A stretch of DNA of 64,000 bases from a virus. The translations under genes were made by a program, and so were the position numbers. The notes under the pieces were generated by a model. It saw nothing but the letters and a program-made list of their open reading frames with translations. It was not told the origin of the DNA and ran no database searches. Location: IMG/VR virus record IMGVR_UViG_3300042197_000642, positions 31,796 to 95,795 of that record, one strand, 5' to 3'. Shown here in pieces: positions 18,911 through 31,600 of this stretch; the stretch's first letter is position 1, and every line of letters begins with the position of its first letter.

Positions 18911-19081
18911 TTACTTTCCTGTTCTCTTGTATCGGATAGTTGCTTTTGGTTTTCTAACGATTCCACCTTTTTTACGGCGAACCTTTGCTCCACCTGTATC
19001 GTACTTACTTCCGGTTAGAGCAATACTGACTGCCTTAGTAGGTTGTTTACCCACTGATTGACCAATTCGTTTTTTAGCCAT
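18911..19081 (-). CDS. small basic protein (56 aa)
   Basis: MAKKRIGQSVGKQPTKAVSIALTGSKYDTGGAKVRRKKGG...; AAAGG RBS; not in track. Confidence 0.6.
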   Translation of the reverse strand: MAKKRIGQSVGKQPTKAVSIALTGSKYDTGGAKVRRKKGGIVRKPKATIRYKRTGK

Positions 19082-19091
19082 TGTAACCTTT

Positions 19092-19604
19092 CTAAACTTG
19101 TGCGTAACTTAAAAACTGAGCGTCATTAACCATTTCATCAGGCATTACCTGTTGCATATCAACTGTAACAATAGTATATCTTTCAGAAACAATACCGGCG
19201 TTCTGAACTTTAAATGGACGGTATACCTGTCCTTTCCAGATCACACGGTCTCGTGTAGTTGCGTCTGTTGATGCAATAATTCCAGGGTTCATGCGCTCTA
19301 AGTCGTCTACGTTCATTGTTAGATGTAAAGTATCAGTATTGTAGAAACCGCGATCACTTTGTAAGACTTGACCTTGTGTAATAGTAGCTCTAATTACTGG
19401 AACTTTAACTGGAGATTTCCATACACGACCAGCTCCTACAGCCTCAACATCATAAAGAGAATCTTTTGTAGAAACGTCAGGCCTGTACACCCACCAGTCT
19501 GCCACAGTACCAGCAGGATTAGTTAAGTCTGAGGTAATACCATCACTAATTGAATCTAATTCAAAATCAGAATCAAAACGACCACCAGGGGTGTACCCAC
19601 GCAT
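19092..19604 (-). CDS. putative head closure/neck protein
   Basis: Beta-rich, with DRVIWKGQVY..; located in the morphogenesis region. Confidence 0.5.
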   Translation of the reverse strand: MRGYTPGGRFDSDFELDSISDGITSDLTNPAGTVADWWVYRPDVSTKDSLYDVEAVGAGRVWKSPVKVPVIRATITQGQVLQSDRGFYNTDTLHLTMNVDDLERMNPGIIASTDATTRDRVIWKGQVYRPFKVQNAGIVSERYTIVTVDMQQVMPDEMVNDAQFLSYAQV

Positions 19605-20668
19605 TAAATCTCCTCAGCAGTATAGAACTCTAGGTTACGCTTTAATCTTTCATCTGTGGGGTTGAGCTCAATTGCTTTTTTACCGTACTCTAAAGCTTTG
19701 TTTCTATTACCTAAATGGTATTGGCTTAGCGCAGCAAAGTCGTATGGGTTTGGCCCCCAAGCAAACTCTTCACATAAATAGTCTAAAGGTTTTTCTTTAA
19801 TACTTAACGCGGCTTCAGCCATCTTAAGACAAGAACCCCAAATCTCTTCTTTGTAATAAAGTTCCGACAACTCTACTAAAGCTTCTCTTCTTGTTGGGTC
19901 TTCATTATGCGCTTTTAGTAACCACTCTTCTTTTACCGTAAAATTATCATCCATTTTTGCTATGTACCTCATAGAAGCGGCTCGTTCAGGTTTCCATACA
20001 GCTGTTTGTAAACTTAAATGCCTTTTAAACTCTTTTGTTGATTCTTCGTATTGACCATAGAAATATAGCTCTCTTGCATAATAAAATGCATTTCTATCAT
20101 TAAATGGGTTTTCTATAGTAGACACCTTTAGTAAAGGAAGGTACTGACTTCTAGGTTTTGAGTTATCAGCTTTATGATGTATTTCTAGCTCAGTCCACTC
20201 TTGGGTTTCTACAAAACCATGTGCGGGCGCTACTACTTCATGCACTGGATGCTTCCAAATATAACCAAATCTAGTATGTATCTTTTCTCCACTAAACTGA
20301 AGTCCCGGACTTCCATCTTGATTAAAGTTCCAAGTAAACTTGTATCTTGGTCTTGTAATATTTAACTTAAATACTTTTTCTAACTCCGGTCTCCAACCAT
20401 CTACCAATAGCTCATCCATGTCCAAAGCAATACAATAATCAATATCATTAGGTAAAACGGCTAAAGATACGTTTCTAGCAACATCAAATCGCCATGGGTT
20501 TATAAAAGATTTAACTACAACTATTCCTAAGGATTCTGCAATTTCAACTGTTTTGTCTGTAGAACCTGTATCTAGTATTAAATGATAATCTGCATCTTTT
20601 GAAGACTCATACCAACGTTTAACAAATTGCTCTTCATTTAGAGCTATGGTGTATACGGCTATCTTCAC
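19604..20668 (-). CDS. family 2 glycosyltransferase with C-terminal TPR repeats
   Basis: IAVYTIALNEE, LDTGSTDKT, WRFDVARN, LDMDE, VHE, followed by TPR-like helices. Confidence 0.9.
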   Translation of the reverse strand: MKIAVYTIALNEEQFVKRWYESSKDADYHLILDTGSTDKTVEIAESLGIVVVKSFINPWRFDVARNVSLAVLPNDIDYCIALDMDELLVDGWRPELEKVFKLNITRPRYKFTWNFNQDGSPGLQFSGEKIHTRFGYIWKHPVHEVVAPAHGFVETQEWTELEIHHKADNSKPRSQYLPLLKVSTIENPFNDRNAFYYARELYFYGQYEESTKEFKRHLSLQTAVWKPERAASMRYIAKMDDNFTVKEEWLLKAHNEDPTRREALVELSELYYKEEIWGSCLKMAEAALSIKEKPLDYLCEEFAWGPNPYDFAALSQYHLGNRNKALEYGKKAIELNPTDERLKRNLEFYTAEEI

Positions 20669-20686
20669 GCCGTAAAGTCTATCAGG

Positions 20687-20833
20687 CTATTCTTCTAAGG
20701 ATGCTAACTCTTCGTTAGCCGCAGATGGGCTTACGTGGTCGTACCCAATGATTTCATTTGTTTCGCTATCACGAACCTCAAATACCTCGACGCCACTTGG
20801 CTCTACTCTAATACTTGTTTTTATTACTGACAT
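20687..20833 (-). CDS. small acidic protein (48 aa), possible fibre chaperone
   Basis: MSVIKTSIRVEPSGVEVFEVRDSETNEIIGYD..., TAATG-coupled; not in track. Confidence 0.5.
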   Translation of the reverse strand: MSVIKTSIRVEPSGVEVFEVRDSETNEIIGYDHVSPSAANEELASLEE

Positions 20834-21666
20834 TATGAGAACCTTCCCCAGAAAGCCGTTTGACCGGCGGTTGGTGTTATTGTTGTTGGTAGGTCAGATT
20901 GAGATGATGCAAAAGAACGAAGTATTGGGTTTAAGCTAACCATAGAAACTGGGATTAAACCCGCACCAGCTAAGTAAGCGTTTCCAGGAGTACCACCTAC
21001 AACAATGATACCTAGGGCGTATCTAAGACCACGTTGAATAGTGTAAGCGGATGGAAAGCCTCCGGTAGTATTAAATGATCTAGTGTAAAGAGTATTTACT
21101 GCACTAAAAATAGTAGTGTCGTTTGCGGTACGTGCTACCAGTGTTAGCTGACCTGTTGTTTCATTTACTGTGTACAAACCAAATCTAATTAGAGATGCAC
21201 CTGTCGTTACGACACCAGCTGAAGACACGCTAATATTGCTTACGTTTACTGTGTTCATATGAGTAAAGTATGTAAAATATGCAGTTCCAGATGTAATAAG
21301 AGCGTTACCAGTAGAGTATCTTGGAGTTACATCTACCGCATCGATTCCGTATCCAAGGTTATCTTCTAAGTTTTCTGTTACCACATAGTGTTCATCAAGC
21401 GTTGTTTTTAAAGCATTTACGTCTAAGGCAACTGTTTGTGTTGGGCTATCGTATGTAATTGGTGAAGTTGCTACTGCTATCCCAGCGGGTCCAGTAGGGC
21501 CAGTTGGTCCGGTTGGACCTGTATCACCTATGTCGCCTTGAGGACCTGTTGGTCCAACTGCGCTTGTACGAACAAGACGCCAAGCAGTTCCAGTCCATTG
21601 GTATGTTTGACCTAAATAAGAGTACGTCTGACCACTCGTCGGTGAACTTGGAAAATCAATAGGCAT
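20833..21666 (-). CDS. fibre protein with a short collagen segment and a C-terminal beta domain
   Basis: MPIDFPSSP N-terminus; GPT triplets. Confidence 0.7.
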   Translation of the reverse strand: MPIDFPSSPTSGQTYSYLGQTYQWTGTAWRLVRTSAVGPTGPQGDIGDTGPTGPTGPTGPAGIAVATSPITYDSPTQTVALDVNALKTTLDEHYVVTENLEDNLGYGIDAVDVTPRYSTGNALITSGTAYFTYFTHMNTVNVSNISVSSAGVVTTGASLIRFGLYTVNETTGQLTLVARTANDTTIFSAVNTLYTRSFNTTGGFPSAYTIQRGLRYALGIIVVGGTPGNAYLAGAGLIPVSMVSLNPILRSFASSQSDLPTTITPTAGQTAFWGRFS

Positions 21667-21676
21667 TTATATCTCC

Positions 21677-23343
<1,667 letters not shown>

Positions 23344-23344
<1 letters not shown>

Positions 23345-23634
23345 TAGTCGTTTACCCCTCCACAATCAACTGGGTCTAACCCACCGTATTCACTAGTTGG
23401 CGTTCCAGCATCTACGTTTTGAAACAATGGACCTTGTGCTCCAGTTGGACCAGTTACTCCTTGAGAGCCCGTAGGCCCAGTAGGTCCCTGAGTTCCTTGT
23501 GGACCGGTTGGTCCTGTAGGACCGACAACTTGTGTGGTTTTAATTAACCAAACACTGCCATCCCAATACCATGTATGGGTGCCAACAGTAAACTCTTCAT
23601 TTAGTGCTGGACTATTTGGAAAGTCTATTGGCAT
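23344..23634 (-). CDS. short collagen-like fibre protein
   Basis: [10 protein letters not shown]-terminus shared with 20833..21666; 11 GXY triplets. Confidence 0.7.
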
Positions 23635-23652
23635 CGTAATCCTTTAAACAAC

Positions 23653-23677
23653 TAAGGGGAGGAAAGTCCTCCCCTTA
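23653..23677. terminator. hairpin/terminator
   Basis: Perfect stem TAAGGGGAGGA-AAG-TCCTCCCCTTA. Confidence 0.6.
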
Positions 23678-23693
23678 ATTATAAGCCCATTAT

Positions 23694-25346
23694 TTAGTTA
23701 ACGTAGCCGAAGGTACGTTGCTCTTCAGGATATGGCCTTAAGTAGGTTAGAGTTGGCATGTAATGACCGTTTCTATCCTTACCACCAAATCCAAATCTTC
23801 TGTTTATAAGAATTACTGGCGCTTGTCCAGGAATATCAAAAACTTGCCAGGCTTCAAATAAACTTTGATCTGGGTATTCTGGCTCTAAACAATAGAAGTT
23901 TGAGTAGTACCACTCATCGCTTTTACCAATAAGTGCTGAGTTCCAAACTCGGTATTGTTTCCAAGAAGAAGATCCTCCGGAAAGATCCCAGTTTGTTTCT
24001 CTCTGTATATTTCCAAACTCCGCAAGGTTGAATGCTTTACCAGTATTAGTCTTGTTGTTAGTAATACGAGCACGGATATCTGCGTTACGCCATGATCCAT
24101 TCCAACGACCTGAAAGGTTAGTTGCTTTGATGTAGAAGTTCCAGAATTGGTTCTCTTGGTCATCAGTAACAGCAGCAAACTGAATACGAGAGTCATCTTT
24201 CATATTAGTTGGAGTTGTTTTTGCTGCATGTGCAATCTGCTCATCATCTGATAATGCAACTTCGTATAGAAGGAACTGTTCAATAGCACCTTCCCAATGG
24301 TTTCCTGGGGTTGCGTCATGCCCTAAGTGTAAGGTGGAGAAAGAGCCACCAGGAGCAGCGTTTGAGCCTGAAGCTGTTGTTACTACAGCTGCACCATTAA
24401 TTGAATAAAACAATTTAATATTAGTTTTACTCATTGTAAAGCCAACCCATAGGTAATCACCTGGGTTTAGATTTACACCGCTTGCGTTAATAGTTCCACC
24501 AGAAGCAGCTAAGCTTAAAGTAGTTGTAGACTTTGAGTAAGTAAGTGTTGCTGTACTAACTCCGGTCATTGCAAATATAGTAGTAATAGGTGCGCCAGTT
24601 TGACCACCAGAACCTACTCTTGTCCAGAAATTACCTGAAATAGGTACTGGCAATTCAATTGAGCTACCGTGTCCTAAAGTTAAGTTATAAGTTAATTGTC
24701 CGGCACCATAAGTATAAGTTGTGGTTGTACTGTTTTCGTCATTAAAATCAAGGGCTGTACGAGTTGAGTTAATTAACTCTGCCTGTGACCAGTAGACCTC
24801 AACACCATTTTGAGTTACAGTACCATCACCAACAACAAGTACAACTTTTCTAAAGTTAGAGCCGGCAAATGTGCTAGTAACATTAATACGTTTTGTTACG
24901 TTTGCGTCTAACGAAATGTTACCGCTATCTGCTGTGTCAAGTACGGTAGTTCCACCGGCGTCAGTTCCTAAAATACGGATAGACACTGTTGTAGCTACGT
25001 TAGATGTTACATAAACTGAAGCTGATGTAGAGAACGCAGAGCCTAAGTTAATAACATCAGATGTTAAAAGGCCTTGAACTGAGGTTGTTAGAAAACGTGC
25101 TGAGTAGTAACCAGATACTCCGCGCTTACCTTGAGTAACCCAGAATGAACCACCAGAGGCTGTCCAGTATGAACCGTTACGGAAAGCTCCGTTTTGCAGA
25201 TAATCGGTGCGGCTAAGCATGGTAACAACACCAGCGTTAAATTTACATGGAAGCATGTTCACACGGGTTGCTGTAGTGGCTTGTGCTTGTCGGTAAAACT
25301 CTACCGGGTACACCCGCATAGTGTTATTTAGGGTACCTTGAGACAT
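23694..25346 (-). CDS. tail fibre/receptor-binding protein with CBM-like and LamG/ConA-like domains
   Basis: LQNGAF; WVGFT...LFYSING...LHLG...WEGAIEQFLLYEVALSDDE. Confidence 0.6.
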   Translation of the reverse strand: MSQGTLNNTMRVYPVEFYRQAQATTATRVNMLPCKFNAGVVTMLSRTDYLQNGAFRNGSYWTASGGSFWVTQGKRGVSGYYSARFLTTSVQGLLTSDVINLGSAFSTSASVYVTSNVATTVSIRILGTDAGGTTVLDTADSGNISLDANVTKRINVTSTFAGSNFRKVVLVVGDGTVTQNGVEVYWSQAELINSTRTALDFNDENSTTTTYTYGAGQLTYNLTLGHGSSIELPVPISGNFWTRVGSGGQTGAPITTIFAMTGVSTATLTYSKSTTTLSLAASGGTINASGVNLNPGDYLWVGFTMSKTNIKLFYSINGAAVVTTASGSNAAPGGSFSTLHLGHDATPGNHWEGAIEQFLLYEVALSDDEQIAHAAKTTPTNMKDDSRIQFAAVTDDQENQFWNFYIKATNLSGRWNGSWRNADIRARITNNKTNTGKAFNLAEFGNIQRETNWDLSGGSSSWKQYRVWNSALIGKSDEWYYSNFYCLEPEYPDQSLFEAWQVFDIPGQAPVILINRRFGFGGKDRNGHYMPTLTYLRPYPEEQRTFGYVN

Positions 25347-25756
25347 TAGTTACTCTCCTCTTCTTTAGGGTACTTCTCTTTAACTGCTTTAATTCTAGCG
25401 TCAATTTCTTTAATTGGCTTGTCATTTCCTTGACGAGCATCATAAAGGGCTGCTAGTTGGTCTGCAGCTGACGGGTACTCCAGAATTCTATCGTTTATAA
25501 TCATTTGACCTTTTATTGCTTCTTTTGCTGCTTTTTGGTCTTCAGTCTCTTCAATGTTATAAACTGTAACTGTGATCTCTGGGTCTGTTGGTTCGCCTTG
25601 GAATCCGTATTCACTAGTAACGTTTAGCTCAACGTTCTCTGGTGTTTCTACGTCTTCTGGCTTTTCGCTGTAGATTACTTCTAAAACAGGAGCCTCTACT
25701 ACCTCAGGGGCTGGCACAATTGGTGCATCTAATTCATTGTTAATATCTTCTGACAT
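25346..25756 (-). CDS. putative tail fibre assembly chaperone
   Basis: C-terminal motif YPSAADQLAALY...IKAVKEKYPK. Confidence 0.55.
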   Translation of the reverse strand: MSEDINNELDAPIVPAPEVVEAPVLEVIYSEKPEDVETPENVELNVTSEYGFQGEPTDPEITVTVYNIEETEDQKAAKEAIKGQMIINDRILEYPSAADQLAALYDARQGNDKPIKEIDARIKAVKEKYPKEEESN

Positions 25757-25764
25757 ATTTCCTC

Positions 25765-26511
25765 CTATTTAATTCCGTATATAGCAACCCAAGATTGCGG
25801 GTGCAAATACCCAGATTCAGCTTGAATCCAAATTCTATGAATAGGCCTTGAATTTCTGTTTGAGTCACCTTCGTTAGCTTGGTTCCAACCATAACCATAA
25901 GATTGGTAGCCTATCTCTTCTTGGGTTCTCCAACCTATCCAGTGATGTACGTTTTGTTCTCTACTATAGCCAGGTATATGAATTTCGGTATAGCCTGAGT
26001 TGTAGTTATCAGGGCTATAATATCTACCTATGTAATACCTATCAGCGTTATCTACGTTTTGAGTAGACGTACCCGTGTAAGCCCAACGACTATAATGTCC
26101 AGTGTTACCGCTTCCACTATAGTTATTAAAGCGCATAGAAACCCAGTTAGGGTAAGTACCGCGTTCTCCATAAAACTCACCTTTAATTACTAATGTTCTA
26201 TAAGTTTGTGGAATAAAGTTAAACTCCAACTGATGCATGTTATGGCCATCATTAGTTCCGTTTGCTAATCTGTAACCAGCACGGTTGTCAGTATCTAACT
26301 TCATACTATTTTTTGGATCCCACATAGCTAACAATACGTAATCTTTAGCCTGCCAAGCAAATTGTTTTTCATACGCTTGTTGTTGAGTTTCAGGATACTT
26401 TGGGTCAAGACTTTGCCATGAGTAGTCACCATCTTGGCTTGAGTTCTTTACCAATACATCCCAACGTTTACCGCCGTGCTTTATTGGATCTGGATTAAAC
26501 GTATTAGCCAT
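25765..26511 (-). CDS. fibre-associated structural protein
   Basis: IPQTYRTLVI..., GYTEIHIPGYS, WVAIYGIK; likely start MANTF. Confidence 0.5.
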   Translation of the reverse strand: MANTFNPDPIKHGGKRWDVLVKNSSQDGDYSWQSLDPKYPETQQQAYEKQFAWQAKDYVLLAMWDPKNSMKLDTDNRAGYRLANGTNDGHNMHQLEFNFIPQTYRTLVIKGEFYGERGTYPNWVSMRFNNYSGSGNTGHYSRWAYTGTSTQNVDNADRYYIGRYYSPDNYNSGYTEIHIPGYSREQNVHHWIGWRTQEEIGYQSYGYGWNQANEGDSNRNSRPIHRIWIQAESGYLHPQSWVAIYGIK

Positions 26512-26512
26512 G

Positions 26513-27574
26513 TTATGCGACCTCCGCGCCAAATAGATTAAAGTTAATTTCACCAGAGTCTGCCGCTACATACAATTTATCTCCAGCTGACAAGGTGATT
26601 CCTTGTCCAAGTGTACGGCTTTGACGAGGGGATACCTGCTCATCAAATGCAATAAAGTGGTCTAGTGATAGGTTTTCAAATGATGTTCCAGATGGAAGAA
26701 TTGCAATTCTGTATGGAGAGTTAATTTTTCCTGCATTTGTTACAACAATAGAAGAAACCATTGTTGAAGTCGAGGCTGGAACTGTGTATAGAAGTGTTTG
26801 AGGGCCAGCAAATGAACGGCCTGTATATGACTTATTTACATCTCCCAAGAAGCCATTACGACGCTTATCAAATGGAGCAAGATATGTCATGTCCGGAACA
26901 TCTGGGTTAAATGGAGCCTCAGCATACTCTCTGTAACGGCCAAAATATAAATCATCAAACATATGATAGATATTATCTGCTGATGTTTTATAGAAAGCAA
27001 AACTTACATATGAAGTACGACCATCTGTAGTCATTGTAGTAAATATTCTTTGCCATTTATTAGTACCACCAGTATTAGCGTAATCTGCAGAGAAATCAAG
27101 ATCATTGCCAGTAACATATCTGTAATCTTCATCCCATTGATGAATACGGAAACGGTAGGTAGATGCTGTGTTAGAACTCCAACGCATTAAACTAAATCCA
27201 TAGTTGTATTGCTGCTGAGCAGATACTGGAACTAGATCCTCTGGATATGGGCAAAGCGTAGTTTGGTTTACGCCTCTAAATGGATCCCATCCGGTATACA
27301 AAGCAACAGCACGAGAGTCATCAGCTGAAAATTGTGCACATATATCACTTCCCCAAGTATTTGGGTAAATAGCAGGCTCACTAGTTGAGCTGTTTAGTAA
27401 CGCCTCACTTAAATAATATCTAATGTATGGAGTTGAGTTTCTTGAGTCAGTCGTCATTTTCCAACCTTCAATTGAACGTTGTTCAAAAGACGGGTTCTTA
27501 ACGTAGTTAATGATTTCAGGAGGACGAGCTGCAGAAGGTCTTACCTGTGCTAATGATTTATAATTAAATGCCAT
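26513..27574 (-). CDS. fibre adaptor-type protein with inserted carbohydrate-binding-like module (paralog of 27576..28643)
   Basis: NYVKNPSFE insertion; C-terminal LYTVP...VSSIVVTN...GITLSAGDKLYV...FNLFGAEVA. Confidence 0.6.
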   Translation of the reverse strand: MAFNYKSLAQVRPSAARPPEIINYVKNPSFEQRSIEGWKMTTDSRNSTPYIRYYLSEALLNSSTSEPAIYPNTWGSDICAQFSADDSRAVALYTGWDPFRGVNQTTLCPYPEDLVPVSAQQQYNYGFSLMRWSSNTASTYRFRIHQWDEDYRYVTGNDLDFSADYANTGGTNKWQRIFTTMTTDGRTSYVSFAFYKTSADNIYHMFDDLYFGRYREYAEAPFNPDVPDMTYLAPFDKRRNGFLGDVNKSYTGRSFAGPQTLLYTVPASTSTMVSSIVVTNAGKINSPYRIAILPSGTSFENLSLDHFIAFDEQVSPRQSRTLGQGITLSAGDKLYVAADSGEINFNLFGAEVA

Positions 27575-27575
27575 G

Positions 27576-28643
27576 TTAGCTTATCTCCGCTCCAAATAGT
27601 TTGAAGTTTACTTCTCCGCTATCTGCGGCTACATACAACTTATCTCCAGCAGAAAGAGTCATTCCTTGAATCAAAGTTTGACTATTTTGAGGCTTTAACA
27701 TCTCATCAAATCTTAAAAAGTGCTTTAAGGAAAGGTCATTAAGAGTTTCTCCAGATTTAATTAACGCGACTCTTTGTGGAGTTACTATTTTTCCAACATT
27801 AGTAGAAATCAAACTTGAAACAGTAGTTTGAGTTGCGTTAGGAGTTGTATATAACAAAGATAATGGACCAGCATAAGAACGGCCTGTATATGAATTTCCA
27901 GGATCTCCTAAATATCCGTTGCGACGCTTATCAAATGGATAAAGATATGTACAATCAATTGACCCATCTAAGCTAAATGGAGCTTCTGCGTACTCTTTGT
28001 ACTCACCAAAGTAAATATCAGTAATGTAAGGAGATGCGCCGTTTCCGTTAGTAGTTTGAATACTTATGCTAACCCACATACAATCTTGCTGCAGTTCAAT
28101 AGTAGAAAAGTATCTTTCAAACTTTGATGCGCCACCGTTCCACGCACCGTTGTTACCAGGGTTGTGGTTCCAATCGTTCCAAGTAATCCAACGCTTATCT
28201 CCATCATACTGGTACAAACGATACTGTATGTTGTTTGTACTTGAAGTTACCGGCATTTGACTCCAAGCAATATTATATTGTTTATAAGGATTTACTGGAA
28301 TTAAATTATGAGGTTGGTTTGCTGTATTGCTAGTTCGATGGGACATATCATATGGCTCTGACATGTAAATTCCCATTGAAATATCAGCTTCTGAAGTCCA
28401 ACGAAGAACGTTTTTGCTACCCCAAGTTGCTGGGTAAGACTGTGGCTCACCACTAACAGTGTCTAGAAGTTGCTCTACCGGATAAATGTTTTGATACCAA
28501 TGGTATCGTCGGTCAGATGCCCATGTATACCAATTATCAAGACCACGCTCAGTAAATGATGGATTTTTAATCCAGTTAAACACTTCAGTCTTTTTAGCCG
28601 CAGTTGGACGGACTGAGCCTAACATCTTATATACTTGAGGCAT
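27576..28643 (-). CDS. fibre adaptor-type protein with inserted carbohydrate-binding-like module (paralog of 26513..27574)
   Basis: Shares PFDKRRNG, YTGRS and TLSAGDKLYVAADSGE with its neighbour. Confidence 0.6.
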   Translation of the reverse strand: MPQVYKMLGSVRPTAAKKTEVFNWIKNPSFTERGLDNWYTWASDRRYHWYQNIYPVEQLLDTVSGEPQSYPATWGSKNVLRWTSEADISMGIYMSEPYDMSHRTSNTANQPHNLIPVNPYKQYNIAWSQMPVTSSTNNIQYRLYQYDGDKRWITWNDWNHNPGNNGAWNGGASKFERYFSTIELQQDCMWVSISIQTTNGNGASPYITDIYFGEYKEYAEAPFSLDGSIDCTYLYPFDKRRNGYLGDPGNSYTGRSYAGPLSLLYTTPNATQTTVSSLISTNVGKIVTPQRVALIKSGETLNDLSLKHFLRFDEMLKPQNSQTLIQGMTLSAGDKLYVAADSGEVNFKLFGAEIS

Positions 28644-28696
28644 TATTTACCCTTTTCTTCCGAAGTAACTATATCACACAGATTCTTGTTCATGGG

Positions 28697-31600
28697 TTAT
28701 AACGCCGCCATCATGAATGGGTGAGCAAATGTTACGTTATCTACATAATCTTTTCTAGTAGCGTGTGAGGCTGCGGTTGGAAGCGCATTTGTAATTGAAA
28801 CAAATGGAGCGCTTGCACTAGTTGAAGCTGCAAGGGTTGTAACCTCTGTAGCTCCAGCTTTAAAGGCATCAAAAGTAACACCAGCAAAGTTAATTGTTCC
28901 ACCAGTTGGGCGTGTATCTAACTCTGAGAATAGTTTCCACTTACCATCAGTATTATCTTTAGCAAGGCCTGCGTACTTTGGACGATATACGTTTGTAGCG
29001 TTTGCAGCACCTGATAAACCGGTTAAAGTAGTATCAGCAGTTGTTAAGTTAACTGTAATAGATGATGTTCCAACAGCTGCTACGGCATACGTACCATTAA
29101 AGGTTCCGTTTACGCCAGTAATAACTACAGAGTCGTTTACACGGAACTTCTCTTCAGGGAGAACTCCACCTGGGTAAGTAAGTGCAAATGTTGCTAAGTT
29201 ACTCGATACAGAAACTGCTGTAACTGTCGCAGTTGGGTCAATTGTTGTTACAAGTGCATATTCTGCAACTAAACCAAGCTCAAAGTTATTCTGTGGATTA
29301 TCGGCACCTACGAAGATAAGCGGGTCAGTAACAGACAAGTTAGCGGTGCTAACAGTTGTACCAGAACCACCGAATGAAATGGTACCTTGGATGTAGACGT
29401 CACCTTGAATACCTACACCACCAACAACGGTTAATGCACCAGTAGTTGGGCTAATAGAAGCGGTTGGAATCTCAATGTGTATGTTTAAGTCTGGCGTAAT
29501 AACCATTTGAGTGTTATCAGAAGACAGACCGCCAGCAGCAAATACAATTTTGTTTTCAGTTCCGCGACCACCAGTTGCGAATACTAAATTACCGCTACCT
29601 GTAGTTCCTTGTGGTGCATCCATAAAGATGTAACCATCGTTACCACCTGTAATTGTAAACTCTGGATCAGCAAAGTTCTCTGAAGTAATACCCATATCAA
29701 TATAACCAGAGAAGTCATCACCATTGTTTGCATATGCAATAAAGTCAGATGAAGAGTTAGGATCTGTACCAATGTTTTGTACTACTAATTGAGCATAGTC
29801 ATCTGCGTCAGCGACAAACACAGCCATTGGATTAGTAAATCCAGGAACTTGAGAAGCAGTTCCTGAAGCAACTACTGTGTTAGCTACTAGAGATCCAGTG
29901 CTTGAATACGTAAATGTTGTAGCAGTAGGTACATCTATAACTTCAATTTCACCATCAAATGTTGCATCACCAATTGCTACAGTAACTAGCATAAATGGAG
30001 CAAAGTTGTGCGCTGCTGTTGTAGTTAAGGTAGCAACGTTAGATGCATCTCTTGATTTAAAGCTAACAGTCTTTACGTTTGTACCAACGTTTTCTGCTTG
30101 CTCTGGTGCGTCAGCTCCTACAAATAGGGCGTCACGAGCAATAATTCCACCAGACTCAACGCTTAGGTCACCCGCCATAAACATATCACCTTGTACACCA
30201 ACGCCTCCAACAATTGTTAGGGCACCGGTAGATGGTGAAGTGGATGGAGTAGCAATCTCAATATGTACATTTTGATCTGGCATAATAGTTACTTGTTCAT
30301 TACCAGAAGAAAAACCACCAGCAGCAAATACGATAGCATTTCGTTCTCCGCCATCACCAGTTGCTAGAACTAAATCACCATTTCCATATCCTTGCACCGC
30401 TTGACCAGATAAGCCTGAGGCTGCAGCAATGTTTGCATTTGTTTTTGCATAGGTAAATGTTGTTGTTGTTGGGGTTCCAGTAATAGTGTAGGTTCCGTTA
30501 TAAGCAGACGCTAAACCAGTAATAACAACTGGTAACCCAGATTTAAATCCATGAGCTGCGCTTGTAGTAAGGGTTACTACGTTTGAATTAAGTACTGAGT
30601 TTGTTACTGTTCTAGTTTTAGATGGGACACCCTGTACAAAGATATAACCATCGTTTGGACCAGTAATTCCAAAAGTCTCGGAATCAAACATGCTGTTGGC
30701 GATACCTACATCAATAAAGCCTTCGTCATTGTTTCCTTGGTCACTGTAAACAATTATGTCAGCTGAAGACTCAGTTCCTTGTCCTTCATTTTTATAAGCA
30801 ATTTGAGTATAGTTAGTTGAAGTGTCAACAAATACCGCAGTTGCATCGGTTAAACCAGCATCTGTTTCAAACTCTTCTGCTGAATCGGCAACAGTAGCTG
30901 AGTCGCTTACATAAAGTTTGTTTACCTCATAGCCCCAGAATGGATCTGTACCATCAGTTCCAAGAATCTTTCCAGCATTACCAACTTGACCAGGTAAGTA
31001 ATCTGCTCCTTGAGCAAATAAATCCCACTTAGTAGAATCAGCGGCAATACTTGCGCCTGAAGTAAAGTCCTGGTTTGCAATGTAAGTGTCAACACCGTCA
31101 AATGCTAAATCTCCAGTTAAATAAGGAGTGCTAGCTGTAAAGTCTCCAGTAACACGTATACCACCATTAAAAGCTTGCCACTTTGCTTCAGCAAGATCTG
31201 CAGAAAACGTTCCAGATGATATGTGCGCTAGTAAAGCTATATAAGTTTTACCGCCACGATTTACAACGTCATTTGGGTAGTACTGAGTTGTGCCAGCCCA
31301 TTCACTTCTATAAGATATACCACCACTAAATGCTTGCCAATAGGTTGTATTTGTAGGTACGTTTCCTGTTGTTTCTAAAATACATGTAAAAGTGTTTGCG
31401 CCGTAAGCTACAACATCTCCAGGAACATAATTAGTTCCGTTATTGTAAACACCAGATGCAGCAATACCATCAACAAACTTATCCCAATAAGTTGTATTAG
31501 TTGGTAAGTTACCCGCACCATCAACTTTAGCAATATAAGCTTTTCCGCCGTATTTTACAACGTCATTCTTTTGATAAGTTGTAGAACCGTTGTAAGAACC

